The position numbers were made by a program, and so were the translations under genes. 32,000 bases of DNA from Pseudoalteromonas tetraodonis (GTDB lineage: Bacteria; Pseudomonadota; Gammaproteobacteria; Enterobacterales; Alteromonadaceae): positions 2,010,001-2,042,000 of the forward strand of contig NZ_CP011041.1 of NCBI RefSeq assembly GCF_002310835.1, in the 5' to 3' direction. Under the pieces are notes generated by a model that was not told the DNA's origin, made no database searches, and saw only the letters and a program-made list of their open reading frames with translations. Below are positions 1 through 10,444 of this stretch, in pieces (position 1 is the stretch's first letter; each line of letters starts with the position of its first letter).

Positions 1-1
1 A

Positions 2-280
2 TGGAATATATACGCAGCACAAGCTTCTGATGGTGATAATTGGGCCGATGACACGCCCCAATGTGGACACATTTTACGTAATAAAATACTTAAAGCTGTT
101 CGCTATTTTGCCTATATAGAAATTACCACACGTGCTCATCAAAGTTTATGGCGCGAGTATCAAAACATTAGTCAAACGAACAGTAATTTTGCCATCCAGC
201 ATATCCAAGGTGTTGAAGATATTTACCCTATATTTAGGGAGCTATTTAAAAAAGGTCGTCAACAGCAAGGGGCTGCATAG
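2..280 (+). CDS. yeaH: C-terminal fragment of a YeaH-like DUF444 protein (5' end lies outside the window)
   Basis: Frame 2 is open from the window edge to TAG at 278-280. The translation ...[53 protein letters not shown]...[20 protein letters not shown] resembles the conserved YeaH C-terminus. It lies 18 nt upstream of a SpoVR/YcgB gene, as in the yeaG-yeaH-ycgB module. Confidence 0.8.
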   Translation, partial: WNIYAAQASDGDNWADDTPQCGHILRNKILKAVRYFAYIEITTRAHQSLWREYQNISQTNSNFAIQHIQGVEDIYPIFRELFKKGRQQQGAA

Positions 281-298
281 CCAAAGCGAGGTAGCATT

Positions 299-1813
299 AT
301 GAAAGATAATCGAATAAGTGATGGGCCCGATTGGACCTTTGAACTATTGCAACAATACCAAGACGAAATAGCGCGTGTGGCTGAGCACTATAAGCTAGAC
401 ACCTACCCTAACCAAATTGAAGTGATCACCGCAGAACAAATGATGGATGCCTACTCAAGTGTAGGCATGCCCATTGGCTACACTCACTGGTCGTATGGTA
501 AAAAATTTATTCAAACGGAGCAAAATTATAAACGCGGCCAAATGGGACTTGCGTATGAAATTGTGATTAATTCGAACCCCTGTATTGCTTACCTAATGGA
601 AGAAAACACCCTTCCGATGCAGGCACTGGTTATGGCACATGCTTGCTATGGGCATAACTCATTTTTTAAAGGTAATTATTTATTTAAAACTTGGACTGAT
701 GCAGGCTCAATTATTGATTATTTATTGTTTGCTAAAAACTATATTAGCCGCTGTGAAGAAAAATACGGTATTTCCGAAGTAGAAAGCATACTCGACTCAT
801 GTCATGCATTAATGAGTTACGGTGTTGATAGGTACAAACGTCCACAACGAATTTCGTTATTTGAAGAGCAAAAGCGTCAGCAAGAACGGGCTGAGTATTT
901 GCAATCACAAGTTAACGAATTATGGCGTACCATTCCTTCTCAACAGCAAGAGTCAAAAAAACACGAACGCCACTTCCCGCAAGAGCCACAGGAAAATATT
1001 CTGTACTTTATTGAAAAAAATGCTCCTTTACTCGAGTCATGGCAGCGAGAAATCGTCAGGATAGTGCGAAAAATATCACAATACTTTTACCCGCAAAAAC
1101 AAACCCAAGTAATGAATGAAGGTTGGGCCACTTTTTGGCACTACACTATTTTGAACCATTTATATGATGAGGGAAAACTAACCGACTCATTTATGTTGGA
1201 GTTTTTACAAAGCCATACTAATGTTGTGTACCAACCTCCATACAATAGCGATTATTACTCAGGTATTAACCCCTATGCACTGGGCTTTAATATGATGGTT
1301 GATATACGTCGTATTTGTGAAAACCCAACAGAAGAAGATAAACGCTGGTTCCCTGAGCATGCGGGCAGTGACTGGCTCGAGACACTGCACTTTGCAATGC
1401 AAAATTTCAAAGATGAGAGTTTTATTAGCCAATTTTTATCCCCTAAGCTGATTCGGGATTTTAAATTATTCACCATAGTCGACCATGCTAGTAACCCACA
1501 TTTAGAAATAGGCGCTATTCACGACGATAATGGCTACAAAGCGGTTAGAGAAGCACTTTCTGCACAATATAACCTTAGTAATCATGAGCCTAACATACAA
1601 GTTTACGATGTTGACTTACGCGGCGACCGCTCTTTAACCCTACGATATGTACCTCATAATGCCGTTCCACTGGCTAACTCCCATGGGGAAGTATTAAAAC
1701 ACCTTTACAGACTATGGGGCTTTAAGGTAAAACTGGAACAGGAGTCAAATTCTGGTGAGATTTCAACCATTGGTCAATGTCCAATTGATGATTCACGCCA
1801 TACAACAGAGTAA
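299..1813 (+). CDS. ycgB: SpoVR family / YcgB-like stress protein
   Basis: 504-aa ORF with a GAGG Shine-Dalgarno upstream. It has long colinear similarity to enterobacterial YcgB (…YPNQIEVITAEQMMDAYSSVGMPIGYTHWSYGK…MNEGWATFWHY…) and follows yeaH. Confidence 0.9.
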   Translation: MKDNRISDGPDWTFELLQQYQDEIARVAEHYKLDTYPNQIEVITAEQMMDAYSSVGMPIGYTHWSYGKKFIQTEQNYKRGQMGLAYEIVINSNPCIAYLMEENTLPMQALVMAHACYGHNSFFKGNYLFKTWTDAGSIIDYLLFAKNYISRCEEKYGISEVESILDSCHALMSYGVDRYKRPQRISLFEEQKRQQERAEYLQSQVNELWRTIPSQQQESKKHERHFPQEPQENILYFIEKNAPLLESWQREIVRIVRKISQYFYPQKQTQVMNEGWATFWHYTILNHLYDEGKLTDSFMLEFLQSHTNVVYQPPYNSDYYSGINPYALGFNMMVDIRRICENPTEEDKRWFPEHAGSDWLETLHFAMQNFKDESFISQFLSPKLIRDFKLFTIVDHASNPHLEIGAIHDDNGYKAVREALSAQYNLSNHEPNIQVYDVDLRGDRSLTLRYVPHNAVPLANSHGEVLKHLYRLWGFKVKLEQESNSGEISTIGQCPIDDSRHTTE

Positions 1814-1818
1814 AAATA

Positions 1819-2700
1819 ATGGACAAAAAAAAGCTTCTTGTACTGATTGATTCGGTTGAATTTGCAAAAACGTCATTGAAGCATGCTAAACAAAAAGCGC
1901 TGCAAGGGAATAAACATATTGATATTGTTGCATTTAGCTTTGAAGAAACCGGCAATATTTTATTTTCTCTGTCGCCAGAACAACTACTTGCGCTGCAAGA
2001 TAAATGCCTTTCATCATTAAGGGCACAGTTGGAGCCACTGATTAGCGCAGAACTGGAGGGTTGCAGTTATACCTTTCAAACCGCATGGCATGAAGCCCCC
2101 GAGCAGTGGCTTAACGAAGATATTAATACTGATGACTACGAAATGGTGATAAAAACACGCCATATCGACAGCGACAGCCAATTTAGTGAACTTGATTGGC
2201 AACTTATCCGCTTTACGCCCATCGCTTTGTATTTAGCGGCAGATAACAAATGGCGCAAGCATACCAACATACTCGCCGCACTTGATTTAGCCAGCGAAAA
2301 AACCGCAAAACATAAGCTTAATCAGTCAATTATTAAATATGGCCTAGCATACGCACAGCGAACAGACTGTGAATTTTATGCCGGCTACACAGTGTATATT
2401 TCTCCAATATTAAGAGATTTAGGCTTAGTATTTTCAGAAGAGCAACTAGTCAATGCCTTTGAGAAATTACCTCAATCACAGCAACAACTCATTATTGATA
2501 ATAACTTACGCGACAAACTTTATATTAAAGCGGGTTTACCTGAGCAGGTGATCCCAAGCTTAGCGGCCAAGCTCAATGCTGATTTAGTGATTATAGGATC
2601 TGTTGGGAATGTAGGAATTAAAGCAAAACTCATTGGTAATACTGCAGAAAAAATAATGCGCTTACTTAAAACTGACTTGCTTATTTTACCCCCCAATTAA
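1819..2700 (+). CDS. Universal stress protein, tandem-USP (UspE-like)
   Basis: 293-aa ORF starting 5 nt after the ycgB stop. It has two USP-like halves, and the C-terminus DLVIIGSVGNVGIKAKLIGNTAEKIMRLLKTDLLILPP matches the USP G-x2-G-x9-G-(S/T)-type end. Confidence 0.7.
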   Translation: MDKKKLLVLIDSVEFAKTSLKHAKQKALQGNKHIDIVAFSFEETGNILFSLSPEQLLALQDKCLSSLRAQLEPLISAELEGCSYTFQTAWHEAPEQWLNEDINTDDYEMVIKTRHIDSDSQFSELDWQLIRFTPIALYLAADNKWRKHTNILAALDLASEKTAKHKLNQSIIKYGLAYAQRTDCEFYAGYTVYISPILRDLGLVFSEEQLVNAFEKLPQSQQQLIIDNNLRDKLYIKAGLPEQVIPSLAAKLNADLVIIGSVGNVGIKAKLIGNTAEKIMRLLKTDLLILPPN

Positions 2701-2727
2701 AAAATGATGCCTAAGCATCATTTTTTA
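2697..2727. terminator. Bidirectional intrinsic terminator shared by the convergent uspE-like and GGDEF genes
   Basis: AAAAAATGATGC-ctaa-GCATCATTTTTT forms an 11-12 bp stem flanked by an A-run and a T-run. The hairpin overlaps both stop codons (TAA 2698-2700 on +, TAG 2711-2713 on -). Confidence 0.75.
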
Positions 2728-3682
2728 TATCAGCGTATACCGACACTTTATTTCGACCTGTTTCTTTTGAATGATAAAGCGCTTTATCGGCAGCTTCAAT
2801 CCAGCGTTCGTGATCTTTAAACTGATCATCAAAACACGCAATACCCACACTAATGGCCATATGCACCGTGTGCTCATTGTATTTCGCCGGAGAGGTTTCA
2901 ATTAATTGGCGTAAACGTTCAGCAAATACAATCGCCCCTTGTTTATCGGTATCTAATAAAGTAACAACAAACTCTTCACCGCCGTATCGCCCAGCAATGT
3001 CTGTTTCACGCAATGCAGTTTTCAGTAAACTCGCTATATGACGAAGTGCTTCATCTCCAGCACTGTGTCCAAAATCATCATTTACCTTTTTAAAGTGGTC
3101 AATATCAAAAATTAATAACGAGCAACAACCTTCGTTTCGCTTCGTTCGTAAAAATTCTTGGTGCAGTAAGTGCTCCCAATGCCCTCTATTGGCAAGCTGG
3201 GTTAAACTATCTGTTTGGCTTACTTGTTCTAGTTTTTTATTTAACTCTTCTAGTTCTTTTTTGTTAACCGCAATATCTGTCACATCGTAAATAATAATAC
3301 AAATATGCTCGACTTCGCCTCGCACATTGGTAAGTGGAATAAACGTGGCATTTTGATACATATAGTCCGCTTTACCGGTAATTGGTCGGTAGTTTTTAAA
3401 ACGAAAAATATACGGCTGCTGCTCCCAAATAGTAAATGAACGATTCTTTAATACAAACACTGACTCAGATTTACTTCTAAACCATTTTTCATCAATGGCC
3501 GGAAATAAATCAAATAAGTCTTTGTCTTTCACAGCGCTCGGTAACAAACCAGAATGATTTTCCATAAAACCATTCCATACATGCACTTTGTATTCTCGAT
3601 CGAGTACAACAAGACCGACATCAACCGTATTAAACATATCCATTAACCAATGGATTTCATTCAAATCTAAATCAGCTGGCAT
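2711..3682 (-). CDS. PAS-GGDEF diguanylate cyclase (GGEEF active site, RxxD I-site)
   Basis: 323-aa ORF with an N-terminal PAS-like region, a coiled linker (NKKELEELNKKLEQ) and a GGDEF domain. The domain carries RYGGEEF, with RETD exactly 5 residues upstream. Its start is 6 nt after the stop of the upstream response regulator. Confidence 0.85.
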   Translation of the reverse strand: MPADLDLNEIHWLMDMFNTVDVGLVVLDREYKVHVWNGFMENHSGLLPSAVKDKDLFDLFPAIDEKWFRSKSESVFVLKNRSFTIWEQQPYIFRFKNYRPITGKADYMYQNATFIPLTNVRGEVEHICIIIYDVTDIAVNKKELEELNKKLEQVSQTDSLTQLANRGHWEHLLHQEFLRTKRNEGCCSLLIFDIDHFKKVNDDFGHSAGDEALRHIASLLKTALRETDIAGRYGGEEFVVTLLDTDKQGAIVFAERLRQLIETSPAKYNEHTVHMAISVGIACFDDQFKDHERWIEAADKALYHSKETGRNKVSVYADIKNDA

Positions 3683-3688
3683 AAATAT

Positions 3689-4693
3689 TTAATCTTCTAG
3701 TAGATAAGCAACTTTGTATTTCAAAGTTTTCAGTGAATCTTCAGTAAAGAGCAACATTAAATCACAACTAATATCATGATTTTCAATACCGTAACTTATT
3801 TCTATGGCTAGAGTCCGTTGCCAGCGCGACTTATTCGACTGAACAAGTTCAGAAACGTCCCGATGCTGCCCCAAAACTATTGGATGCCCTTGGCTAAAGG
3901 TCATGTCGAGCTGTTTTGACAAGCCGGTTAAAATAGCGCCAATTAAAATGTTACTTACATCCATTAGCAACTCTAACTCAACCTTGTCGTTTAGTTCACC
4001 TTCGTAATTCATCAGTGAGGCTATTTCTTTAAAACTAGAGTCATTTAAAAGTAATAATGCCTCGCCAGATACCCCGCCACCTATAAAGCCTTGGCAAATA
4101 CCCGATGTAGTATCATTGGTATCAACAGAGCTTAACGCCATGTTGAGCTCACTGACTTCTAAAACATTAACATTAGGAATGGGTAACTTAACAAATACAT
4201 TAAGCAGTCTTGCAAGTAAATCTCCCGCTTGACCCATGGCAACATTAGTCAGCTCTTGATATATATCACGAACATCAGGGTCAACTTGTTCACCTAACGA
4301 GTGAGACATGCGTTCACGCAGTGCTCTATCTCTAATACCATGATGTTCAATAATGGCAGCAAGCTTTTCGGGGGAACACGGTTTTTGAATAAAATCTATG
4401 GCGCCAAGCTCAAGCACACGTTGATGCGCACTCGGTTGAATATCGCCTGATACCACAACAGTGAGAACGTCGAGTCCTTGCTCTTTCATTGCAGCAAGCA
4501 CGCCATAGCCGTCCATTTCTGGCATATTTAAATCAAGGAAAAGAATTTCAGGCTGGGCTTTAGTTATTTGTTTTATGCAGTCTACACCGTCACATGCAAA
4601 TTCAACTTTAATATCCCAATCATCGGGTAAAGAGCGAGCTAATTGACGTCTAGCTAGTTTTGAATCATCACAAATTAAAACCGATGTTGACAT
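3689..4693 (-). CDS. Response regulator: CheY-like receiver fused to a CheC/CheX-like phosphatase-type domain
   Basis: 334-aa ORF. REC signature residues are DD9-10, D54 in LFLDLNMP, S82 and K104. The C-terminal half contains D-IYQ-E-LT-N-x22-P, which matches the CheC-family D/S-x3-E-x2-N-x22-P motif. A second, degenerate copy is E-LLM-D-VS-N-x22-P. Confidence 0.8.
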   Translation of the reverse strand: MSTSVLICDDSKLARRQLARSLPDDWDIKVEFACDGVDCIKQITKAQPEILFLDLNMPEMDGYGVLAAMKEQGLDVLTVVVSGDIQPSAHQRVLELGAIDFIQKPCSPEKLAAIIEHHGIRDRALRERMSHSLGEQVDPDVRDIYQELTNVAMGQAGDLLARLLNVFVKLPIPNVNVLEVSELNMALSSVDTNDTTSGICQGFIGGGVSGEALLLLNDSSFKEIASLMNYEGELNDKVELELLMDVSNILIGAILTGLSKQLDMTFSQGHPIVLGQHRDVSELVQSNKSRWQRTLAIEISYGIENHDISCDLMLLFTEDSLKTLKYKVAYLLED

Positions 4694-4914
4694 ATTATCT
4701 CTCTATTTTAAAACTTGTTGTACGCTGACACCGCAAAAAATAAAGGCACGGATATTATTAATTAATACCTATTTCTTATATATACATAGTAATCAAAGTA
4801 TTGCTTATTTACAATTTTAGGGAAAAATAAACGCGTCAATTATTCTGCTTGGTAACTCCATCACAGTATAATACACTCACCACTATTACGTTAATTCTTA
4901 AAAGGAAAAAATCC

Positions 4915-5496
4915 ATGCGTCGTTCATTAGCCTTTGCATTGAGCCTATTTTGTTGCACTAGTTTTGCATCAGAGTTACCTGAAAACACCTTAGATGCAGG
5001 AAAAGTAACAGCGCAAGGTAAACCTGTTACGTTACTAGGCCAAGGCCTCAAAGTCGGTGCTGATGCGCCAAATTTTAAAGTGGTCGACGACAGCTTTACT
5101 GCCATTACATTAGAAAATTACCAAGGGCAAGCTGTATTAATCAGCGTAGTACCAAGCTTAGATACTGGCATTTGTAGCCTACAAACAAAGCATTTTAATG
5201 AAAAAGTAGCGCAACAGTTTCCTGGCGTGGCCATGTTGACGATTAGTGCCGACCTACCTTTTGCACAAAAACGTTTTTGCAAAGCAGAAAATATCGATAA
5301 AGTTACGACACTGTCTGATTCTGTATGGCGTGATTTTGGCCAAAAGTATGGGTTAATAATTAAAGATATGGGGTTACTTACTCGCGCTGTTTTTATTCTC
5401 GATAAAAGCCATAAAGTTATATATAAACAATTAGTTAGTAGCTTATCAACCGAGCCTGAATACGATAGCGTTATTGAAAAGCTTAAAACGCTTTAA
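4915..5496 (+). CDS. tpx: Thiol peroxidase (Tpx, atypical 2-Cys peroxiredoxin) with an N-terminal signal-like peptide
   Basis: The Tpx core includes …VPSLDTGICSLQTKHFN… and …FCKAENI… . I place the start at ATG 4915, preceded by AAAGGAAAAAA, rather than at the ORF-track start 4849. A TATAAT lies at 4867-4872 upstream. The N-terminus is MRRSLAFALSLFCCTSFA. Confidence 0.85.
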   Translation: MRRSLAFALSLFCCTSFASELPENTLDAGKVTAQGKPVTLLGQGLKVGADAPNFKVVDDSFTAITLENYQGQAVLISVVPSLDTGICSLQTKHFNEKVAQQFPGVAMLTISADLPFAQKRFCKAENIDKVTTLSDSVWRDFGQKYGLIIKDMGLLTRAVFILDKSHKVIYKQLVSSLSTEPEYDSVIEKLKTL

Positions 5497-5514
5497 AGGT
5501 CGAATTTCAGATAA

Positions 5515-5545
5515 TAAAAAACCGCTATGAAGCGGTTTTTTTTTA
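5515..5545. terminator. Bidirectional intrinsic terminator between convergent tpx and adk
   Basis: AAAAAACCGCT-atga-AGCGGTTTTTTTTT is a GC stem flanked by an A-run and a T-run. Confidence 0.85.
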
Positions 5546-5571
5546 ATTATGCTTTTAATTTTAGATAAAAA

Positions 5572-6240
<669 letters not shown>

Positions 6241-6527
6241 TTATTTTTAAAGTCTGAATTCTTCCACAAGCGCCGCAGATACTCAAGTAACTTATACTAA
6301 TTGTCTAGAGTCTGTTGGCCTTTGCGGATTAATATTTGTGCAAACCAGGGGGAGTTTAATCGCGGCGCAAGGTTTGCAACTTAGTAGGCTGAGTAAAAAT
6401 CGAGCAAAGCTTCTGCGTCCTGCTCACGCCATTTGCCACCATCCATGTAGGCAGACAGACCCCTTCGGTCAGCGTATATGCAGCAAATTTAACCTTTAAA
6501 AATCAATAAACTCTATGCTCCAGCGCA

Positions 6528-6557
6528 TAAAAAAAGGGAACAAACGTTCCCTTTTTA
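6528..6557 (-). terminator. Intrinsic terminator downstream of htpG
   Basis: Minus strand reads AGGGAAC-gttt-GTTCCCT followed by TTTTTTTATG. It sits 23 nt after the htpG stop. Confidence 0.8.
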
Positions 6558-6579
6558 CTCAATCATTGATTTTTAATAC

Positions 6580-8493
6580 TTATTTACTTAAATCAAGCAT
6601 AAGTTTATTTAAGCGAGTGACAAATCCAGTTGGATCTTTAAGCGTACCGCGCTCAGCTAGTAATGCTTGATCTAGCAATACATGTGACCACTGCGCAAAT
6701 TTATCTTCGTCTTGCTCATCATTTAAATGCTTAACAATCTGGTGCTCAGGGTTTAGCTCAAACACAGGTTTAGCTTCTGGCACTGCTTGACCTACTGACT
6801 CCATCAGCTTTTGCATTTGCGAGCTCATATCATTGTCATCGCTCACCACACAGGCTGGCGAATCGGTTAAACGATGTGTAAAGCGTACTTCTTTAACATC
6901 ATCACCTAATGCGGTTTTAATACGCTCAATAAGGCCTGCAACTTCTTTTTCAGACTCTTCTTGTGCTTTTTTAGTTTCTTCGTCGTCTAAGTCACCTAAA
7001 TCTAAATCACCGCGAGTAATTGATTGAAATTGCTTGTCTGCAAATTCAGTTAAGTGGCTCATCATCCACTCATCAACACGGTCACTTAGTAGTAAAACTT
7101 CAATGCCTTTTTTGCGGAAGATCTCTAAATGCGGTGAGTTTTTAGCTGCAATAAATGAGTCAGCAACAACATAGTAAATTTTATCTTGGCTGTCTTTCAT
7201 ACGCTCAATGTATTGTTCAAGCGATACATCTTGAGTGTCTGAATCGGTATGCGTTGAAGCAAAACGTAATAGCTTAGCAATGCTCTCTTTGTTAGCCGCA
7301 TCTTCTGCTGGACCTTCTTTCATTACTTGACCAAATTCATTCCAAAACGTTTGGTAATCATCGGCTTTGTTTTTCGCCATACGCTCAAGCATTTTAATAA
7401 TACGCGACGTACACCCCTTACGGATAGCTTGGGTCACTTTGTTATCTTGAAGTATTTCACGCGATACGTTTAGTGGTAAATCATTTGAATCTAATAGACC
7501 TTTAACGAAACGCAGGTAGCTTGGCATAAACTGCTCAGCATCATCCATAATGAATACACGTTGCACGTATAATTTTAAGCCACTTTGGCGCTCGCGGTTC
7601 CATAAATCAAACGGCGCTTTTTTCGGAATGTATAACAAACTGGTGTATTCAGTTTTACCTTCAACTTTGTTATGTCCCCAACTAAGTGGATCTTCCCAGT
7701 CATGGCTTACATGCTTGTAAAATTCTTTGTATTCATCTTCAGAGATTTCAGACTTATCACGCGTCCACAATGCCGTAGCACGGTTAATGCTTTCCCACTC
7801 ACCAGGAACTGCTGGAATTTTCTCACCGTCTTCGCCTTCAGACTCTGGTACTTCTGCTTTGTACATTTGTACTGGTGTAGAAATATGATCAGAGTATTTA
7901 GTCACGATACTACGAAGGCGCCATTCGTCTGCGTACTCTTTTTCTTCTTCACGTAGGTGTAGAATAATGTCTGTACCGCGGCCTTCTTTTTCAATTTCTT
8001 GCAGCGTGTATTCACCTTCACCTTTTGATTGCCACTCTACAGCTGTTGTCTCGCCTGCTTTACGGGTACGCACTGTCACTTCATCAGCAACAATAAACGC
8101 TGAGTAAAAGCCCACACCAAATTGACCAATAAGTTGTGAATCTTTGCTTTGGTCGCCCGTTAAGTTTTTGAAAAACTCTGCGGTACCCGACTTTGCAATT
8201 GTACCTAAAGAGCTGATCACTTCATCACGTGTCATACCAATACCATTATCAGAAATGGTTATCGTATTGGCTTCTTTATCAGCACTAATACGTACACGTA
8301 AATCAGCATCACCTTGATATAGGTCGCCGTTTGATAACGCTAAAAAGCGTAATTTATCGGCTGCATCAGATGCGTTTGATACAAGCTCACGTAAAAATAT
8401 TTCTTTATTAGAATAAAGCGAGTGAATCATTAAGTTTAGTAATTGTTTTACTTCTGTTTGAAAGCCTAATGTTTCTTTTTGTGCTGCAGTCAT
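6580..8493 (-). CDS. htpG: Molecular chaperone HtpG (Hsp90)
   Basis: 637 aa. The N-terminus carries the canonical Hsp90 block …[42 protein letters not shown]…. Confidence 0.97.
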   Translation of the reverse strand: MTAAQKETLGFQTEVKQLLNLMIHSLYSNKEIFLRELVSNASDAADKLRFLALSNGDLYQGDADLRVRISADKEANTITISDNGIGMTRDEVISSLGTIAKSGTAEFFKNLTGDQSKDSQLIGQFGVGFYSAFIVADEVTVRTRKAGETTAVEWQSKGEGEYTLQEIEKEGRGTDIILHLREEEKEYADEWRLRSIVTKYSDHISTPVQMYKAEVPESEGEDGEKIPAVPGEWESINRATALWTRDKSEISEDEYKEFYKHVSHDWEDPLSWGHNKVEGKTEYTSLLYIPKKAPFDLWNRERQSGLKLYVQRVFIMDDAEQFMPSYLRFVKGLLDSNDLPLNVSREILQDNKVTQAIRKGCTSRIIKMLERMAKNKADDYQTFWNEFGQVMKEGPAEDAANKESIAKLLRFASTHTDSDTQDVSLEQYIERMKDSQDKIYYVVADSFIAAKNSPHLEIFRKKGIEVLLLSDRVDEWMMSHLTEFADKQFQSITRGDLDLGDLDDEETKKAQEESEKEVAGLIERIKTALGDDVKEVRFTHRLTDSPACVVSDDNDMSSQMQKLMESVGQAVPEAKPVFELNPEHQIVKHLNDEQDEDKFAQWSHVLLDQALLAERGTLKDPTGFVTRLNKLMLDLSK

Positions 8494-8535
8494 TTATGTA
8501 TCTCCAATTTGCAAAGTGTCTGCGTTATGCACTTA

Positions 8536-8565
8536 ATATGGGGGGAGGTGTCAGAACTTCAAGGG
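8536..8565 (-). promoter_or_regulatory. Sigma-32 (RpoH) heat-shock promoter of htpG
   Basis: Minus strand reads CCCTTGAA (8565-8558), a 14-nt spacer, then CCCCATAT (8543-8536). This matches the sigma-32 consensus CTTGAA-N13-15-CCCCATnT and lies about 43 nt upstream of the htpG ATG. Confidence 0.8.
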
Positions 8566-8623
8566 AAAAAAGTAAAAAAAGCTGCCAGCAAAAAACAACA
8601 ATATTATAAAAAGCAATAACTGT

Positions 8624-9367
8624 TCAAAATGGGCTAGCACAGTGTAAATGCATCGGCTTTTGAGTGCTTGGATGATGAAAGTATATATCGCTGGCATGTA
8701 ACTGCAAACGCGACGCCATCTGCTCACTCTGTTCACTTTTATACAAATCGCAGCCTAAAATAGGATGCCCAATTGCATGACTATGAATACGTAATTGATG
8801 CGTTCGACCAGTAACGGGGGTAAATTGCACTAACGTCTTGATTGGTTGTATAAAACGCTTAAGTACTGTGTAGTGTGTTAAGGCCGCTTTGCCTGTGGTG
8901 TTACATAACTTAACACGAGGAAAATAGAGTTTGTCTTTAGCAATCGGGTAATTTATTTGTCCGTGGTTATCGCACACTTTTCCTTGCAACATAGCGACAT
9001 AGCGTTTGCTTATGGTGTGACTTTGAAATTGTTGATTGAGGTTTTTTGCCGACTCACTATTGAGTGCCACCAGCATGATCCCTGAGGTTCCAAAATCTAA
9101 TCGATGAGGTAACTTTGCTTCTGCAAAGGCGGCTGTTTTACCCTGTTGACCATTGACTAAACGATAATGAACGGAATCCCAATTTAGTGGGTTTTTACCC
9201 GACAAACTCAATAAACCGCTAGGTTTATTGATCACTAAAAGCGCCTCATCTTGATAAATAATTTTTATGTGTTCATGGCAAACAGGTGCGATAAAGTCAT
9301 CAACAATCACATTAGCACTTTGGGTTATTGCAGCCATACCATCCTTAAACTTTTGTTTATATTGCAA
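8624..9367 (-). CDS. RluA-family pseudouridine synthase
   Basis: Has the catalytic motif HRLDFGTSGIMLVA, plus KPSGLLS and THQLRIH blocks. The ORF-track start is TTG at 9367. An ATG at 9337 preceded by AAGGA is an equally plausible start. Confidence 0.85.
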   Translation of the reverse strand: MQYKQKFKDGMAAITQSANVIVDDFIAPVCHEHIKIIYQDEALLVINKPSGLLSLSGKNPLNWDSVHYRLVNGQQGKTAAFAEAKLPHRLDFGTSGIMLVALNSESAKNLNQQFQSHTISKRYVAMLQGKVCDNHGQINYPIAKDKLYFPRVKLCNTTGKAALTHYTVLKRFIQPIKTLVQFTPVTGRTHQLRIHSHAIGHPILGCDLYKSEQSEQMASRLQLHASDIYFHHPSTQKPMHLHCASPF

Positions 9368-9442
9368 TTAAAGCCAACAAAAAAGCCTACAGCATGTATG
9401 TAGGCTTTTAAAGTAAGTTCAAATAGTTAAGCTTAAAATAAA

Positions 9443-10051
9443 CTATTCATGGCTGACTAATCGCCTACCGCTAAATGCATGCATAAGCGTCATTCCATCG
9501 ACTAAATCAAGCTCACCACCAACAGGAATACCATGAGCAATACGCGATGCACCCACATTGTTTTTGTGGCAAAGCTGAGCAATATAATGCGCCGTTGTTT
9601 CGCCTTCAACCGAAGGATTTGTGGCTAAAATGACTTCATTAATACCGCCTTGCGCAAGCTTTTGCTCGAGTACATCAAGGCCAATTTCTTTAGGCCCTAT
9701 GCCATCAATCGGTGATAAATGCCCCATTAATACAAAGTAAAGCCCTTTGTATTGACCTGTTTGCTCAATGGCGAGTACATCCGTTGGCGATTCAACAACA
9801 CATAAAATACCACTGTCTTGGCGTTTAGTGCTTAAGCAAATATCACACTGCGCCTGCTCGGTAAATGTGCGGCACGATTGGCAATGACCTACAGCGCTCA
9901 TTGCTTTAGTCAAGGCATTACCAAGTTGAGCACCGCCTTTACGGTCGCGCTCTAACAAATGAAACGCAATACGCTGGGCAGACTTCGGGCCAATACCTGG
10001 CTGACAACGAAGTGCCTCTATCAGCGATGTTAAACTATCTGAAAGTTGCAT
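9443..10051 (-). CDS. recR: Recombination protein RecR
   Basis: 202 aa with an HhH N-terminus, a C4 zinc finger ([16 protein letters not shown]) and a Toprim domain. It follows ybaB as in E. coli. Confidence 0.95.
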   Translation of the reverse strand: MQLSDSLTSLIEALRCQPGIGPKSAQRIAFHLLERDRKGGAQLGNALTKAMSAVGHCQSCRTFTEQAQCDICLSTKRQDSGILCVVESPTDVLAIEQTGQYKGLYFVLMGHLSPIDGIGPKEIGLDVLEQKLAQGGINEVILATNPSVEGETTAHYIAQLCHKNNVGASRIAHGIPVGGELDLVDGMTLMHAFSGRRLVSHE

Positions 10052-10057
10052 AGTTGC

Positions 10058-10384
10058 TTAGAACGGCATTTTCATACCAGGCGGTAATTGCATACCGCCT
10101 GTCACTTTGCCCATACGCTCTTGCGTTTCTTCAGCAACGCGGCGAACAGCATCATTACACGCTGCTGCAAGTAAATCTTCAATCATGTCTTTGTCGTCTT
10201 CCATTAAGCTCTCATCAAGCTCAACACGGCGCACGTTGTGGTTACCAAGCATGGTTACTTTAACTAAACCGGCACCAGCTTCACCAACGACTTCCATTGT
10301 TGCGATTTCTTCTTGGGCTTTTTGCATGCGCTCTTGCATTTGCTGCGCTTGCTTCATCATGTTACCCATTCCACCTTTAAACAT
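10058..10384 (-). CDS. ybaB: Nucleoid-associated protein YbaB/EbfC
   Basis: 108 aa, starting [26 protein letters not shown]… . It sits between dnaX and recR. Confidence 0.93.
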   Translation of the reverse strand: MFKGGMGNMMKQAQQMQERMQKAQEEIATMEVVGEAGAGLVKVTMLGNHNVRRVELDESLMEDDKDMIEDLLAAACNDAVRRVAEETQERMGKVTGGMQLPPGMKMPF

Positions 10385-10444
10385 AATCGTCTCTCTTTCT
10401 TTTAATACATTAACTGAAGTATAAATAAGGGCACTGATAGTTAA

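Noticed and set aside
4836-5105. 89-aa minus-strand ORF, plus the 22-codon N-terminal extension of the tpx track ORF (4849-4914).
   Set aside because: The minus-strand ORF is antisense to tpx. The extension (MVTPSQYNTLTTITLILKRKKS) overlaps the likely promoter (TATAAT 4867-4872) and lacks a Shine-Dalgarno, whereas ATG 4915 has one.
6833-7956. Antisense ORFs inside htpG (6833..7027, 7672..7956). Similar ORFs lie inside ycgB, dnaX, ybaB, tonB, exbD, exbB and the TtpC/TtpB-like genes, e.g. 10107..10424, 11109..11396, 20520..20936 and 22498..22932.
   Set aside because: All lie opposite or out of frame to strongly supported conserved genes. They have biased compositions (Ser/Cys/Leu-rich) typical of shadow ORFs.
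8551-8736. 61-aa minus-strand ORF spanning the end of the rluA-like gene and the htpG promoter.
   Set aside because: It overlaps a well-supported CDS out of frame and also the sigma-32 promoter. Its hydrophobic low-complexity translation comes from T-rich sequence.
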